Positions 44,926 through 55,257 of a DNA stretch of 64,000 bases are shown here, in pieces. The first letter of the stretch is position 1; every line of letters starts with the position of its first letter. Below the pieces are notes generated by a model, which was not told the DNA's origin, did not search any database, and worked only from the letters and a program-made list of their open reading frames with translations. Both the position numbers and the translations under genes were made by a program. The DNA comes from Polyangiaceae bacterium (GTDB lineage Bacteria > Myxococcota_A > Polyangia > Polyangiales > Polyangiaceae). The stretch covers positions 1 to 64,000 of the forward strand of contig JBGANF010000001.1 in assembly GCA_044222475.1 (NCBI GenBank). Reading direction: 5' to 3'.

Positions 44926-46081
44926 GCTCGTCTTCTACTCGGCCTTGGCGTCGACGGCGAGCTGCAAGCGTGATCCGCCCCCGAAGCCGAAGAACGCGCC
45001 GGTCCCGATCGCGTCGTCCCACGCGGCGTACGTGACGAACAACGGCTCGGACACGCTCACCGTGCTCGACCGCGACGGAGACGCGACGTTCGACGTGTCG
45101 GTCGACGTCGACCGGAGCGCCCACGATGCGCCGCACCACCTGGCGATCGATGCGCCGCGCGGGTTCGTCTTCGTCGCGCTGGCGTATCCCCCCGATCCGG
45201 CGACGGTCGCTCAGGGCAAGCACGGGGTCCATGGAGGCTCGGGGAGCCTCGGGCAGCTCGTGCGCCTCGACGTCGCGACGCTGACCGTCGACGAAACGCG
45301 CGCGGTGGCGGAGAACCCCGGTGACGTCGTCTTGACCCACGACCGATCGCGGGTCCTGGTGACCCACTTCGACATGAAGCGCGCCATGGATGAGGCGCGC
45401 GCAGGAAAGACCGGAGCGAGCCTCTTCGCGACGCTCCAGGTGTGGGACGGGACGACGATGACGAAGGTGGCGGAGCGCGCGATCTGCGCGGCGCCGCACG
45501 CGGTCGTGACGACGAAGGACGACCACACGGCGTACGTCGCGTGTTACGGCTCGGACGAGCTGGTCGTCGTCGATCTGACGCAGAATTCGCTGCCGGTGTC
45601 GCACCATCCGTTGGGGGCGGCGCCAGGGGTTCTCGGGGCGCCGCGATACGGTCCGTACTCGGTCGCGCTGTCTCCGGACGAGACGATCGCGATCGTCGCG
45701 AGCACCGAGTCGAACGAGCTGCGCGTGTTCGACGTGAAGGAGCGGCGCTTCGTCGACGAACGGACGATGGCGCTGGGAGCGAAGGTGATGATGCCGGCGT
45801 TCGCCGGAAACGACGTGGCGCTGTTGCCGCTCGCCGGTCCCGACGGCCTGGCGCGGGTCGACGTGCGGCGGTCGCAGGTGCAGGCGCGAGTCGCGTTCGA
45901 CGCCGCGACCTGCGAAGCGCCGCACGTGGTGCGCATCGCGACGGATGGGCGAACCTACGTCGTGTGCGAGGGCAACAAGAAGGACCCCGGTGGGGTCCTC
46001 GAGGTCGACCCGACGACCCTCGCGGTCAAGCGACGCTGGAAAGTCGGGGTCTATCCCGACGGCATCGCGTTCGCAGAGTGA
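44843..46081 (+). CDS. YVTN/YncE-like beta-propeller lipoprotein
   Basis: AYVTNNGSDTLTV, AYVACYGSD, VGVYPDGIAF; lipobox-like TASC; start uncertain. Confidence 0.78.
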   Translation: MNDAKANRSAARAARARRTSAVGLGTITLVFYSALASTASCKRDPPPKPKNAPVPIASSHAAYVTNNGSDTLTVLDRDGDATFDVSVDVDRSAHDAPHHLAIDAPRGFVFVALAYPPDPATVAQGKHGVHGGSGSLGQLVRLDVATLTVDETRAVAENPGDVVLTHDRSRVLVTHFDMKRAMDEARAGKTGASLFATLQVWDGTTMTKVAERAICAAPHAVVTTKDDHTAYVACYGSDELVVVDLTQNSLPVSHHPLGAAPGVLGAPRYGPYSVALSPDETIAIVASTESNELRVFDVKERRFVDERTMALGAKVMMPAFAGNDVALLPLAGPDGLARVDVRRSQVQARVAFDAATCEAPHVVRIATDGRTYVVCEGNKKDPGGVLEVDPTTLAVKRRWKVGVYPDGIAFAE

Positions 46082-46087
46082 AAAGAA

Positions 46088-46194
46088 CGCCAGGGCGCCA
46101 GCTCACGCCAGGTGCCAAACATCGTGAGATGGGAGTTGGTCCCCGGCGCAAACCCTCTTCGTTCTCTTGGCGTCCTGGCGCCCTGGCGGTTTTC
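46088..46194. repeat. MITE/REP-like element with CGCCAGG inverted arms
   Basis: Perfect 14-bp IR CGCCAGGGCGCCAG 46088-101 / CTGGCGCCCTGGCG 46175-188, between convergent genes. Confidence 0.65.
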
Positions 46195-46213
46195 TCTCTC
46201 TTGGAGGAAGCGA

Positions 46214-46789
46214 TCAGCTGCCGTACTTCGCGACGATCGCTTTCGCTCGCTCCACGAACGCCGCTTGATGGTGACGCTCGAAGTCGGCCCACGTCGTCAG
46301 TGACTTCGTGTCTTCGACTCGGTCCACGAAGACCTTCCCGTTCAGGTGATCGACCTCGTGCTGGAACGTGCCCGCCGTCAGCCCCTTGACCTCGAAGTCG
46401 AGCGCCTTGCCCTCGCGATCGAGCGCCTTCACGCGCACGCCGGCCGAGCGCCTCACCTCGCCCCGCAGGTTCGGCACCGAGAGACAGCCTTCGTAGTTCA
46501 GGAACGTCTCGTCGCCGAACAGCGTGAGCTCGGGGTTCACGAGGATCGTCAGCGGGTAGTTCGGTTTGTACGGATACCGCGGGTTGTTTTTGATGCAGAT
46601 TGCACATATCTGCACCGGCCGATAGACCTGGTTCGCCGCGAGCCCGGCGCCGTTCGCGTCGAACATCGTCTCCACGAGGTCGTCGATGAAGCGCTGGGTC
46701 TCCGGCGAGCGGAGCTCCTCGGGGGTGAGCTTTCGCGCGACCTCGCGCAGGACCGGGTGGCCGAGGGTCGCGATCTTGAGGATGGCCAT
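46214..46789 (-). CDS. def: Peptide deformylase
   Basis: GAGLAANQ, EGCLS, QHEVDHLNG. Confidence 0.95.
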   Translation of the reverse strand: MAILKIATLGHPVLREVARKLTPEELRSPETQRFIDDLVETMFDANGAGLAANQVYRPVQICAICIKNNPRYPYKPNYPLTILVNPELTLFGDETFLNYEGCLSVPNLRGEVRRSAGVRVKALDREGKALDFEVKGLTAGTFQHEVDHLNGKVFVDRVEDTKSLTTWADFERHHQAAFVERAKAIVAKYGS

Positions 46790-46806
46790 GGGCGAAACGT
46801 AGCCCG

Positions 46807-47787
46807 CTAGAGCCACCTTCGGTAGCGGAAGAAGGTGACGATGCCGACCCCGATTGCGGCCATCGCCCCACAACAGATCCAGAAGCCTAGCGGCGAGTGG
46901 GCTCCGGGGATCACGTCGAAGTTCATCCCGTAGACGCCGGCGACGAACGTGAGCGGGAGCATCACGGTCGAGATGAGGGTCAGGGTCTTCATGACCTCGT
47001 TCATCCGGTTGCCCTGGACGCTGAGGTACGCCTCCATCGTGGCGGTCACGAGCTCGCGGTAGCTCTCGGCGAGGTCGGTGATGCGCGAGAAGTGATCGTA
47101 GACGTCGCGGAAGAACGGAACTGCTTCCTTCGGGATGGCGTCGAACTCTCCGCGCGAGAGGCGGACGAGCGTCTCGCGCTGATGCGCGACGATTCGCCGC
47201 AGGTGCTGGAGCTCGCGCTTGAGCTCGAAGATCCGCGTCATCAGGCCGTGCCCGGATCGGGTCCCAGCCTTGGCGATGACGTCGTGCTCGAGCGCCTCGA
47301 CGATCTCGTCGAGGTCGTCGAACACCGGCACGTAGTGATCGACGAGGTGGTCCAGGAGCGCGTGGAGAACCCAGGCCGTTCCTTTCTCGAGCAGCCGCGG
47401 GCTTCGCTGGAGCTCCGCGCGCACTGCATCCACGCTCCGCGAAGATCCCTCGTGGTGGGTGACGACGAAGCGCGGCCCGGTGACGACGTCGAGCTCGAGG
47501 GTGCAGATCCTCCGCTTGTCGTCGTGGCGCACCCCGTGGGCGAGAACGAAGAGGTAGCGACCGAAGTCCTCGATCTTGGGCAGCGCTCGCTCCGCCCAGA
47601 GATCCTCGATCGTCAGCAAGTGGAGCTCGAGGGTCTTCTCGAAGAATCGGTCGAGGGCGGTCCGCTCACCCTCGTCATCCGGCCCGACGTCGAGCCACAC
47701 CGTGGCTCCAGCCGCGTACGCCTCCGCGACGTCGGCGAGCTTCTGCGTCTCGGAGAGCTTCGCGCCCGCGAGAACGAAGGCGTGCAT
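46807..47787 (-). CDS. corA: Magnesium/cobalt transporter CorA family
   Basis: MNEVMKTLT, YGMNF, two C-terminal TMs. Confidence 0.92.
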   Translation of the reverse strand: MHAFVLAGAKLSETQKLADVAEAYAAGATVWLDVGPDDEGERTALDRFFEKTLELHLLTIEDLWAERALPKIEDFGRYLFVLAHGVRHDDKRRICTLELDVVTGPRFVVTHHEGSSRSVDAVRAELQRSPRLLEKGTAWVLHALLDHLVDHYVPVFDDLDEIVEALEHDVIAKAGTRSGHGLMTRIFELKRELQHLRRIVAHQRETLVRLSRGEFDAIPKEAVPFFRDVYDHFSRITDLAESYRELVTATMEAYLSVQGNRMNEVMKTLTLISTVMLPLTFVAGVYGMNFDVIPGAHSPLGFWICCGAMAAIGVGIVTFFRYRRWL

Positions 47788-47802
47788 CGCTGGTGGCTCC
47801 GG

Positions 47803-49689
47803 TCAGGGCTTCTCGGCCAGGATGAGCGTCCGAGGGGAGTCCGGGCCGAGGAAGACCCCGGGCGTCGCGGTGCGACCGCTCACCTCGCAGACGCGGAACC
47901 CGAGCTCGTGCAGAGTCTTGCCGAGCTCGTGCAGGGAGTACATGCGAATGGAGTACTCGACCTCGCGGTTGCGCCCGTCGTCCATCATCATCGTCCGCTT
48001 CACCTTCATGCGGCTCGTGATCCAGTCCATCGCCATTTCGTCCATGCAGACGCAACCCTCGCCCTCGAACCAAGCGAGGGACGGCGACTGGTGGATGATG
48101 AAGTCGCGGTTCGCCACGTCGAGCAGGAACTGCCCGCCGTGCCGGAGGGCGCGGTAGACGTTCTTCAGCACCTGGACGTTCTTCTCTTCGTCGAAGAAAC
48201 CGAACGTCGTGCCCCAGCAGTAGATGCCGTCGAAGCGCTCTTCGAACGACATCTCGCGCATGTCGCCCTGCATGAAGTTGATCTTCTGATCTCGGTCCTG
48301 CGCTTCGTCGGCCGCGCGCGAGAGCATCGCGAGGCTCAGGTCGAAGCCGACGACGGCGTAGCCGCGCCGGGTCAGCTCGATCGCGTGGCGCCCGGTGCCA
48401 CAGCCGAGGTCGAGGATCGTCCCGCCCTTGGCGACGGCGAGGCTGTCCTCGACGAAGTCGACCTCGGCGGCGACCTGCTTGTCGGTCACCTTCGGCGTCG
48501 CGCGAAGGAAGTCGTCGTTGAAGAGCTCCTCCCACCAGAACTTCGCGCGCTTCCGCGACGACGCCGCCGCGTCCTTGTCGGCGGAAGGAACGGCGATCAC
48601 CGGTGCCTTGCCCGCGACCTGCGGCGACGCAGGGCCGCGCGGCGGATCCGAGCTCGGCTTGCGCGGCGGCGTCGACGTGGCCTTGGCGACCGCTGGAGGC
48701 GGCGACGCAACCGGCGTCTTGACCGACTCGACCGACAAGAGATCCTCGGCGTCGAGCTCGGCTTCCTTCTCGGGCTCGGGGGCGTTGTCTGCCTCGTCGG
48801 AGTCGACGAGGGCGAACGCGGCGACCCGCGGATTCGAGGCCATCGCGTCCGAGGGGATCGGCGGGCTCGGTGGGATCGACGCGATCTTCGGCGGAGGCGT
48901 GCTCCTGCGCGGAGGCGGCCGCGAGGAGAGGACCGCAGCGGCTTCGATCTCGTCGATCTCGAGCGGCTCCGACGAAGCGGGGGGCGGGGGAATCGACGAC
49001 GGACGCTTCGGCGGTGCGGGAATCTCCCGATCGACGATCGTGGCTTGAGGCGGAGGCGGAGGGACGCTGCTGGGACGCGGGTCGAGCGGCCGCGGCACGG
49101 TGAGCGACTCGACGATGTCGCCGCTCGAGAGGTCGCCGGTGGACCCCAGATCCTCGTCGACCGATACGTCGATCTCGTCGTCGTCTTTCGGCGCGACCGC
49201 GGGCACGTTCACGTGCGGCGTCTCGTCCTCTTCCTTCGAAGCCGCTTCGGCCGCCGCGACCACGTCGAGCACCGACGGCGTCAGCGCCGCCATCTCCACC
49301 GTCTTCTCGGCGGCGACGCGCTCGGCGGTCTCGCTGGGGGGCGGGCCCACGCTGATGATCCGCTTCGCCTCGATCGGAACCGGTGCGGGCTCTTCGGCGG
49401 GAGGATCCGGCTCGTCGTCGACGGGCCGCAGCTCCTGCGTCTTCGCTTCGTCGGCTGGCACCGCGGGCTGGGCGATCTTCGGGATCGGCTGATCCGGACG
49501 CGACACCTCGTCGTCGGGGATGCGGAGGGAGAGCTTGGCCCTCGCCTTGCGTCGTCGCTTCCGCTCCTCGGCAGCGTCGTCGACGGGGGCCTCCTCCTCG
49601 ATGACGACGTCCTCCGAGCCCTCGTCGCTCTGTTCGGCGGGATCGCCAGCGGCCGCGGCGGACAACGGAGGGAGTCGCTCTTCGGTCAT
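47803..49689 (-). CDS. Class I SAM methyltransferase with a long acidic/Pro-rich N-terminal extension
   Basis: LDLGCGTGRH, GFDLS, GDMRE, TTFGFF; ATGA overlap with psd. Confidence 0.85.
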   Translation of the reverse strand: MTEERLPPLSAAAAGDPAEQSDEGSEDVVIEEEAPVDDAAEERKRRRKARAKLSLRIPDDEVSRPDQPIPKIAQPAVPADEAKTQELRPVDDEPDPPAEEPAPVPIEAKRIISVGPPPSETAERVAAEKTVEMAALTPSVLDVVAAAEAASKEEDETPHVNVPAVAPKDDDEIDVSVDEDLGSTGDLSSGDIVESLTVPRPLDPRPSSVPPPPPQATIVDREIPAPPKRPSSIPPPPASSEPLEIDEIEAAAVLSSRPPPRRSTPPPKIASIPPSPPIPSDAMASNPRVAAFALVDSDEADNAPEPEKEAELDAEDLLSVESVKTPVASPPPAVAKATSTPPRKPSSDPPRGPASPQVAGKAPVIAVPSADKDAAASSRKRAKFWWEELFNDDFLRATPKVTDKQVAAEVDFVEDSLAVAKGGTILDLGCGTGRHAIELTRRGYAVVGFDLSLAMLSRAADEAQDRDQKINFMQGDMREMSFEERFDGIYCWGTTFGFFDEEKNVQVLKNVYRALRHGGQFLLDVANRDFIIHQSPSLAWFEGEGCVCMDEMAMDWITSRMKVKRTMMMDDGRNREVEYSIRMYSLHELGKTLHELGFRVCEVSGRTATPGVFLGPDSPRTLILAEKP

Positions 49690-50531
49690 CGCGTGCCTCC
49701 CTTCGGCGCTGCGATTTCCTGGCCCACGCGGACCGGTCCTTCCTGCGCGAGCCATCGATCGAACGCCTTCGGCTCGAGGAAGACGACAGCGGTGGACCCG
49801 AGGTGGAATTGTCCGAGCTCGTCACCGCGCTGCACGTTGCGCGCAGGTGCGATCGTGTGCACGCCGAGCGGCACGTCGTGCGCGTCGATCCCGCTCACGG
49901 TGATTCGACCGACGACGATCGCGGCGACCATCACGACGGTGACGCGACCGAGCGTCTCGGTGTCGATGCAGATCGCGACGCGACGGTTGATGGCGAAGAG
50001 GTTGTCGATGTGCCGGAGGCCGATCGAGTTCACCGGGAAGTAGTCACCCGGCATCGAGCGCACGAGCGAGATGCGACCTTCGACCGGCGAGTGCACGCGG
50101 TGGTAGTCGCGCGGCGAGAGGTACACGACGAAGCCGCCACCGCCGATGTATCGCTTGGCATCCGCGGGATCGCCGACGAGCTCCTCGACTCGGTACTGCC
50201 GACCCTTCACGCGGTACGTGCTGCCGACGTCGACTTTGCCCGGTGACTCGAGGCGGCCGTCGGCTGGGCTCACGATGAGCCGTTCGTCGTCGGGCAGCGG
50301 CCGCGCGCCATCCTTGAGAGGACGGGTGAAGAACTCGTCGAAGCTGGTGAATCCGTCGGTCTTCGCGCACTCGTCGAAGTCGACGGCGTAGAGCCGCGAG
50401 TACACCTTCACGACGGCGCGACCGAGCGGCGGCGACCACTGATGATCGGCGAGACGGCCCATGGCGCGGCTCACCCGACGGCGCGGAAGCACTCGGAGTA
50501 ATTGGGCAGCGGCGAAGGTGAAAGCGCTCAT
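49686..50531 (-). CDS. psd: Phosphatidylserine decarboxylase
   Basis: FFTRPLK, SPADG, YLSPRDYHRVHSP, FHLGST self-cleavage motif. Confidence 0.94.
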   Translation of the reverse strand: MSAFTFAAAQLLRVLPRRRVSRAMGRLADHQWSPPLGRAVVKVYSRLYAVDFDECAKTDGFTSFDEFFTRPLKDGARPLPDDERLIVSPADGRLESPGKVDVGSTYRVKGRQYRVEELVGDPADAKRYIGGGGFVVYLSPRDYHRVHSPVEGRISLVRSMPGDYFPVNSIGLRHIDNLFAINRRVAICIDTETLGRVTVVMVAAIVVGRITVSGIDAHDVPLGVHTIAPARNVQRGDELGQFHLGSTAVVFLEPKAFDRWLAQEGPVRVGQEIAAPKGGTR

Positions 50532-50624
50532 CCAGACGTTCGCGCGAGCGCGCAGGCGTGCGAGACCACGCCGAAAAACGCGCTCGTCTTGGGCATCTCC
50601 GAGGGGCAGAGGCCCATCGGACCA

Positions 50625-50654
50625 ATGGTACCGGGCGAAACTTCGGCGGGTCAA
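50625..50654 (-). promoter_or_regulatory. sigma70-type promoter of the psd operon
   Basis: TTGACC-18 nt-TACCAT on the minus strand. Confidence 0.55.
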
Positions 50655-50737
50655 CGCCGGTTCACCTGCGACGTCGCTTGTTTCGGCTCTTGCCTTCCTG
50701 GCTTTACGGTGCGAACGGCTTTTTGCAGCGACGGGCG

Positions 50738-52303
50738 TCAGTCTTGCCCGAGATCTGGATCGTGCCGGGCTTGGGCCGCCGAACAAAGATGTGGGTACGG
50801 AGGTGCCACGCCCGCTGGATTCGTACCCGGAGGCGCGATTTCGCAGGCAGCTTCGACGTCGAAGGGGTCGAGGGCGATCGCCTCCGCGAACGACGAATCG
50901 GCCGTGGCTCCGTCACCGGCCGATCGCGCGAGCCGACCGCGGATCGCCCACCACGGACCGTACCCCGACGTCACGTCGGCGGGTCCGCCGAGCGCGGTGC
51001 GAGCGTCCTCCGACTTGCCGAGCGACTCGAGGCTCCGCGCTCGCAGGTAGCGAACGCTGGGATCCTCGAGGAACACCTTTGGCAAGTCCACGACCGTGTC
51101 GAGCGCCGACTGCGCGTGGCCGCGACCGAAGAGCAGCTCGGCGAGGCGCACCTTCTCGCGCGACGTGGCTGCGTCCGGAATGGCGGCGCCGCCGCCGAAG
51201 AACGGTGGGAGCGGGTCCAACGAGCGCGCGGCGAGATCGACGCGCCATCGCTCGTCCCACGCTTTGAGGTCGGCCGACGTCACCGCGACGAGCGCCTCGT
51301 CGACGGTGCGATGCGACTGGTCGAGCTTGCGCTCCCCGAGCGAGCCGAGGAGCTTGGGAAGCGGATCGGTTCCTGCGTGATCGGCGAAGTACCGAACGAA
51401 GCTCGTGACCTCCGAGAACGCGACCATCGCGGCGTCGGCGCTGGGGAGCATCGCGATCGACGGACCGAGCTTGTCGAGCGGGAGGTCGATCTTCTTGCGG
51501 ATGCCCCACTGCGCGATCGCGTCGGGCGAGGGCCTGTCGTCGAACGGTCCGGGCGGTCTCCACCGAACCTCTTCGCGCTTCGCGATGCCCTCTTGGAGCC
51601 AGAGCGGAGCGCGATCGACGCTGGCGCGGGTGACCGCGAGGTGGGTGAGCTCGTGCGCGATCGTGTCGCGCCACTGGTACCCATGCGAGCTCGCGCGGGG
51701 CGAGAGCAGCGTGACCCGGCCCCACTTCGCGACCGCGACGGTCCCGGTCGTTTTGGCCGAGTCGTACGGCAAGCCGGTCATCGCGCTGAGGGCGAGGAGA
51801 TCGCGAACGACGATGATCCGAGTCGGTTTCGGCCAGGAGACCCCCAGGTCCTTGGTGAGCGTGTCGCGCGCCTTGACGACGGTGTCGACGATGATGGGCG
51901 TGAGCGCGCGATCGGCCTCGTCCTGGTAGCGGATCCAGACCGAGTGTTCCTTGTCCTCGTCGAGGACGGTTGCGGCGGTCACCCGAGCGCATCCGCGCGC
52001 CATGTCGGCGAGGTTCGCGCCTTCGTCGGTGGCGAGAATCTCCGGCGTCGAGAGGGTGTTCACCGCAGCGTCGCAGTCGGCTTCGTAGAGCGCGAGGCGA
52101 CCGCGCTCGCGGTTGGCGTCCGGGTCGCCCGGGTCGGCGGCGGCGAGGTGTTTTCGCGCGACGTCGTAGTCGAGACCGAGGATGGCCTCCTCCGCTTGGA
52201 TGACGTGGAGCTTGTCGAGCGGGCCCGCGTGGGCGGAGCGCGCGCCGTTCGCCACGACGACGGCGGCGAACGCGAGGAGCGCGAGCGTGGCGGTTCGTTT
52301 CAT
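50738..52303 (-). CDS. Secreted peptidase MA-like (HEXXH) protein with TPRs
   Basis: Signal peptide; AHELTH and WLQEGIA; helical repeats. Confidence 0.75.
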   Translation of the reverse strand: MKRTATLALLAFAAVVVANGARSAHAGPLDKLHVIQAEEAILGLDYDVARKHLAAADPGDPDANRERGRLALYEADCDAAVNTLSTPEILATDEGANLADMARGCARVTAATVLDEDKEHSVWIRYQDEADRALTPIIVDTVVKARDTLTKDLGVSWPKPTRIIVVRDLLALSAMTGLPYDSAKTTGTVAVAKWGRVTLLSPRASSHGYQWRDTIAHELTHLAVTRASVDRAPLWLQEGIAKREEVRWRPPGPFDDRPSPDAIAQWGIRKKIDLPLDKLGPSIAMLPSADAAMVAFSEVTSFVRYFADHAGTDPLPKLLGSLGERKLDQSHRTVDEALVAVTSADLKAWDERWRVDLAARSLDPLPPFFGGGAAIPDAATSREKVRLAELLFGRGHAQSALDTVVDLPKVFLEDPSVRYLRARSLESLGKSEDARTALGGPADVTSGYGPWWAIRGRLARSAGDGATADSSFAEAIALDPFDVEAACEIAPPGTNPAGVAPPYPHLCSAAQARHDPDLGQD

Positions 52304-55230
52304 CGGAGGAGCCCCTCGGCGTAGCGTTTCACGGCGTCCTTGTGCTTTCCGTCGGACGGTTGTCCGAGACCTTGGAGCACTCGCTTTCGGAAGTCCTCCG
52401 GACCTTTGTGGGCATCGGCCTTGGGGATGTCGACGGGGGCGTTCGACGCGGTCTTGCCGTCGTCGCCTTCGCCCTCGCCTTCTTCGTCGCTGCCGAGCGC
52501 TTCGCGGGCCTTGTCGAGGGCGCGCTGCGCGTCGCGTTGCTGTCCGAGACCCTTGTCGGCGTCACCGCTCTTCAGCGAGCGCGACGCGTCGCGCGCGCTT
52601 TGCTCGGCCTCGTCGAGGGCGTCGATCGCCTTCTGGGGGAGTGCTCCCTGATCGCGCCCGCGGTCGGCGAGCTTCTTCGCGCGATCGGCGAGCTCGTCTT
52701 CGTCGTCTCCTGCTTTGTTCAACGGCCCCTGAGCGCGCTGCGCCGCTTTCCGGCGCAACGCCTTGAGGGCGGCCTCGGCCGCTTGGACCTCGGGCTCGAG
52801 CTTCTTCTTCGCTTCGTCGAGGCGGCGCTCGGCGTCGGGGTTTCCGCGATCGAAGCTGCGCCACCGCTCGCGCGCGGCGATACGCTTGGCTTCGTCGATC
52901 GCGTCGAGCGCGTTCTTCCCGCTCTGGACGGCGTCCGCGGGATCGCCCTGCTCGAGCGAGCGCGCCATCTGGTCGCCGAGCTCGCGAGCGGCGGAGCCCT
53001 TGCTCGTCCACGAGTCGCTTCCACCGCCGACGGTGGGAAGGCCCTTGATCGCGTCGCGCACGGCGTCGGCGTGCTTCTTCGACTCGTCGCGGAGCGCATC
53101 GAGATCCTCTTTCGACGCGCCGGCGTTGAGCGCGCCTTCGACGTCACCCATGTTCGCGGAGTGATCCTGCGCGAGCTGCTCGAGCTCCTGCGCGGCTTCG
53201 CGGAACGCGCGCTCGGCCTCGCTCCCCTCGCCTTCGCCCTCCTGCGAGGGCGTGCCCCGCGCGCCACCCGATTCGCCGCCCGCGCGTCCGCCGCTGCCCT
53301 TCGAGCCGAACGACGGATCGGGTTGATGCAGACGCGCGGCGAGATCGCGCGCGACGAGCTCGGCGTGCGGCCAGTCGGTCGCGGCCTTCGCCCGATCGAA
53401 GCGCAGCATCGCAGCGCCGATCGCTCCGCCGAGATCGCGGCCGAGCGTGCCGAGGATCATCAGCTGCTTCTGGCCACCATCGAGGACGACGTGCGCCGCG
53501 TCGACCCGCACCATGCCGCGCGTCGTCTCGGCGGGGCGCTCCACCTGCTGCACGCCCAGCGCGAGATCGTCGGCGACCTCGGCGAGCTGCTTCGCCGCGT
53601 CCTTGGAGTCCTTGATGGCGAGCCCGCGGACGATCCCGTCGACGACGAGCGCCATCGTTCCGGTCGCCTTGGTCACCGCTTTGTGCGTCGCTTCGCTCGG
53701 GCCCTTCTGCTCCGCGGTCGACGCGTCGGCGAGCTTCTTCGCTTGCCCCTTGAGCAGCGACGCGAGGCGCGCGGCGATCTTCGCGCCCGCGTAGCTGTCG
53801 TCGAGGACTCGATCGAGCTGCTCGGCGAGGTCGGCCTGGCGTCGCTTCTGATCGACGAGGAACGCGGGGCGATCCTTCGCGTCCGCGGGAACCGGATGCT
53901 CCATCGACCACGCGAGAGCGTCGACGTAGGCGTCGCGGAGCGCGCGCAGCGCCGTCATGCGCATCGCCTCGGGCTGACCGACGTCGGGCGGGATGATCGT
54001 GAACGCTTCGCTCGCGCCCCACTTCGGACCGGTGATCGGATCGTTGTCCTTCGCCTCGACGCGGATCTCGACCGGGGCGTGGCTGCGCTTGAGGAACGGA
54101 TCGCGCGCGCGAAGGAGCGACCCTCCGCTGTCTTCGCGCGTCTCGCCGTCGAGGCGGGCGAGGACGCGACGCTCTTCGCGTACGCCCGAGCGCAGGACGA
54201 GGTGGACCTCGCGCAGACCGTGATCGTCGCGCGCCTCGTACTTGATCGGGATGTCGCCCTCGAGCGTCGTGAGCTCGAGACGCTTCGGCGCGCCATCCAG
54301 CGTGACCACCGGCGCCTCGTCCATGATGGCGGTGACCTTCGTCACGCCGGACTCCTCGATGACGACCGGCCCGAACCGAGCCACGACGCGGAGGTCGACG
54401 TCACCGGTGAGCGGCCAGCGGGCGACGATCTTGCCGCTTCCGTCGTCGACGAACGGGACCTCGTTCTTCCCGTCGGAGAGCAGCACTCGGCGACCGTCGT
54501 GCGCGCGATCTCCCCGGAACGTGAGGAGCGTGCCGTTCGGGAGCGCGGCCTCTTCGAAGGGCCGGCGATCGCGCTCCTCCATGTGGAGGTAGTCCGGTGG
54601 GCGCGCGCGAACCGTCATCGAGTCGACGTAGGTGAGCCCGACCGGCGCGATGCCGTGACGGGCGAAGAGTACGTCGAGCCCTTCGATCGGGCGAAACGGA
54701 TCGAGGGCGATGAAGACGCCAGCGCCGGCGACGAGCACGAGCGTCGCGACGTTGAAGCGACGGGCGACCGCGTCGGCTCCTTCGGCGATCCGATCCTTGG
54801 GCAGGGCTTCGAGCTGGCGCGCGACGTGGAGCCGAGCCAGCGCGCTCGACGTGCCGACGGCGGCGTGGCCCTCGTCGTCGAGGAGCGTCAGCGCGCGGAG
54901 CGCTCGGGCCGCGCGCTCGGGCGCGACGCGACCGGCGAGACGTTGGATCGCGACGCGCGGGTCTTCCCACGTGCGACGCTCGCGCCACCGCAGCGCCACG
55001 AACGCCGCGATGCCGGCCGCCGCCATCGCGCCGGCCGATGCGCGCGCGGCGACGGTTCCGCCGCGCGCCACGAACGCGAGCGCGACGAGGACGAGGAAGG
55101 AGGCTGCGGCGACCGAACGACGCTGAGGTCCGCGGATCGACTCACGAAAGACGAAGACGAGGTGGTCGAGCGCCTCGCTGATCTGCCGCTTCGTGCTCGC
55201 CTTCTTCTTCGACGGGCGCTTGGACACCAC
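52300..55230 (-). CDS. DUF4175-like membrane coiled-coil protein
   Basis: N-terminal TMs, PPDY, ARDDHGL, long Ala/Gln/Glu helical region, C-terminal VKRYAEGLLR. Confidence 0.7.
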   Translation of the reverse strand: MVSKRPSKKKASTKRQISEALDHLVFVFRESIRGPQRRSVAAASFLVLVALAFVARGGTVAARASAGAMAAAGIAAFVALRWRERRTWEDPRVAIQRLAGRVAPERAARALRALTLLDDEGHAAVGTSSALARLHVARQLEALPKDRIAEGADAVARRFNVATLVLVAGAGVFIALDPFRPIEGLDVLFARHGIAPVGLTYVDSMTVRARPPDYLHMEERDRRPFEEAALPNGTLLTFRGDRAHDGRRVLLSDGKNEVPFVDDGSGKIVARWPLTGDVDLRVVARFGPVVIEESGVTKVTAIMDEAPVVTLDGAPKRLELTTLEGDIPIKYEARDDHGLREVHLVLRSGVREERRVLARLDGETREDSGGSLLRARDPFLKRSHAPVEIRVEAKDNDPITGPKWGASEAFTIIPPDVGQPEAMRMTALRALRDAYVDALAWSMEHPVPADAKDRPAFLVDQKRRQADLAEQLDRVLDDSYAGAKIAARLASLLKGQAKKLADASTAEQKGPSEATHKAVTKATGTMALVVDGIVRGLAIKDSKDAAKQLAEVADDLALGVQQVERPAETTRGMVRVDAAHVVLDGGQKQLMILGTLGRDLGGAIGAAMLRFDRAKAATDWPHAELVARDLAARLHQPDPSFGSKGSGGRAGGESGGARGTPSQEGEGEGSEAERAFREAAQELEQLAQDHSANMGDVEGALNAGASKEDLDALRDESKKHADAVRDAIKGLPTVGGGSDSWTSKGSAARELGDQMARSLEQGDPADAVQSGKNALDAIDEAKRIAARERWRSFDRGNPDAERRLDEAKKKLEPEVQAAEAALKALRRKAAQRAQGPLNKAGDDEDELADRAKKLADRGRDQGALPQKAIDALDEAEQSARDASRSLKSGDADKGLGQQRDAQRALDKAREALGSDEEGEGEGDDGKTASNAPVDIPKADAHKGPEDFRKRVLQGLGQPSDGKHKDAVKRYAEGLLR

Positions 55231-55257
55231 CGAACCCTAACACGGTTGGGACGCCGT

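Noticed and set aside
50532..50624. Riboswitch in the psd leader
   Set aside because: Only a generic GC hairpin; no recognisable aptamer consensus
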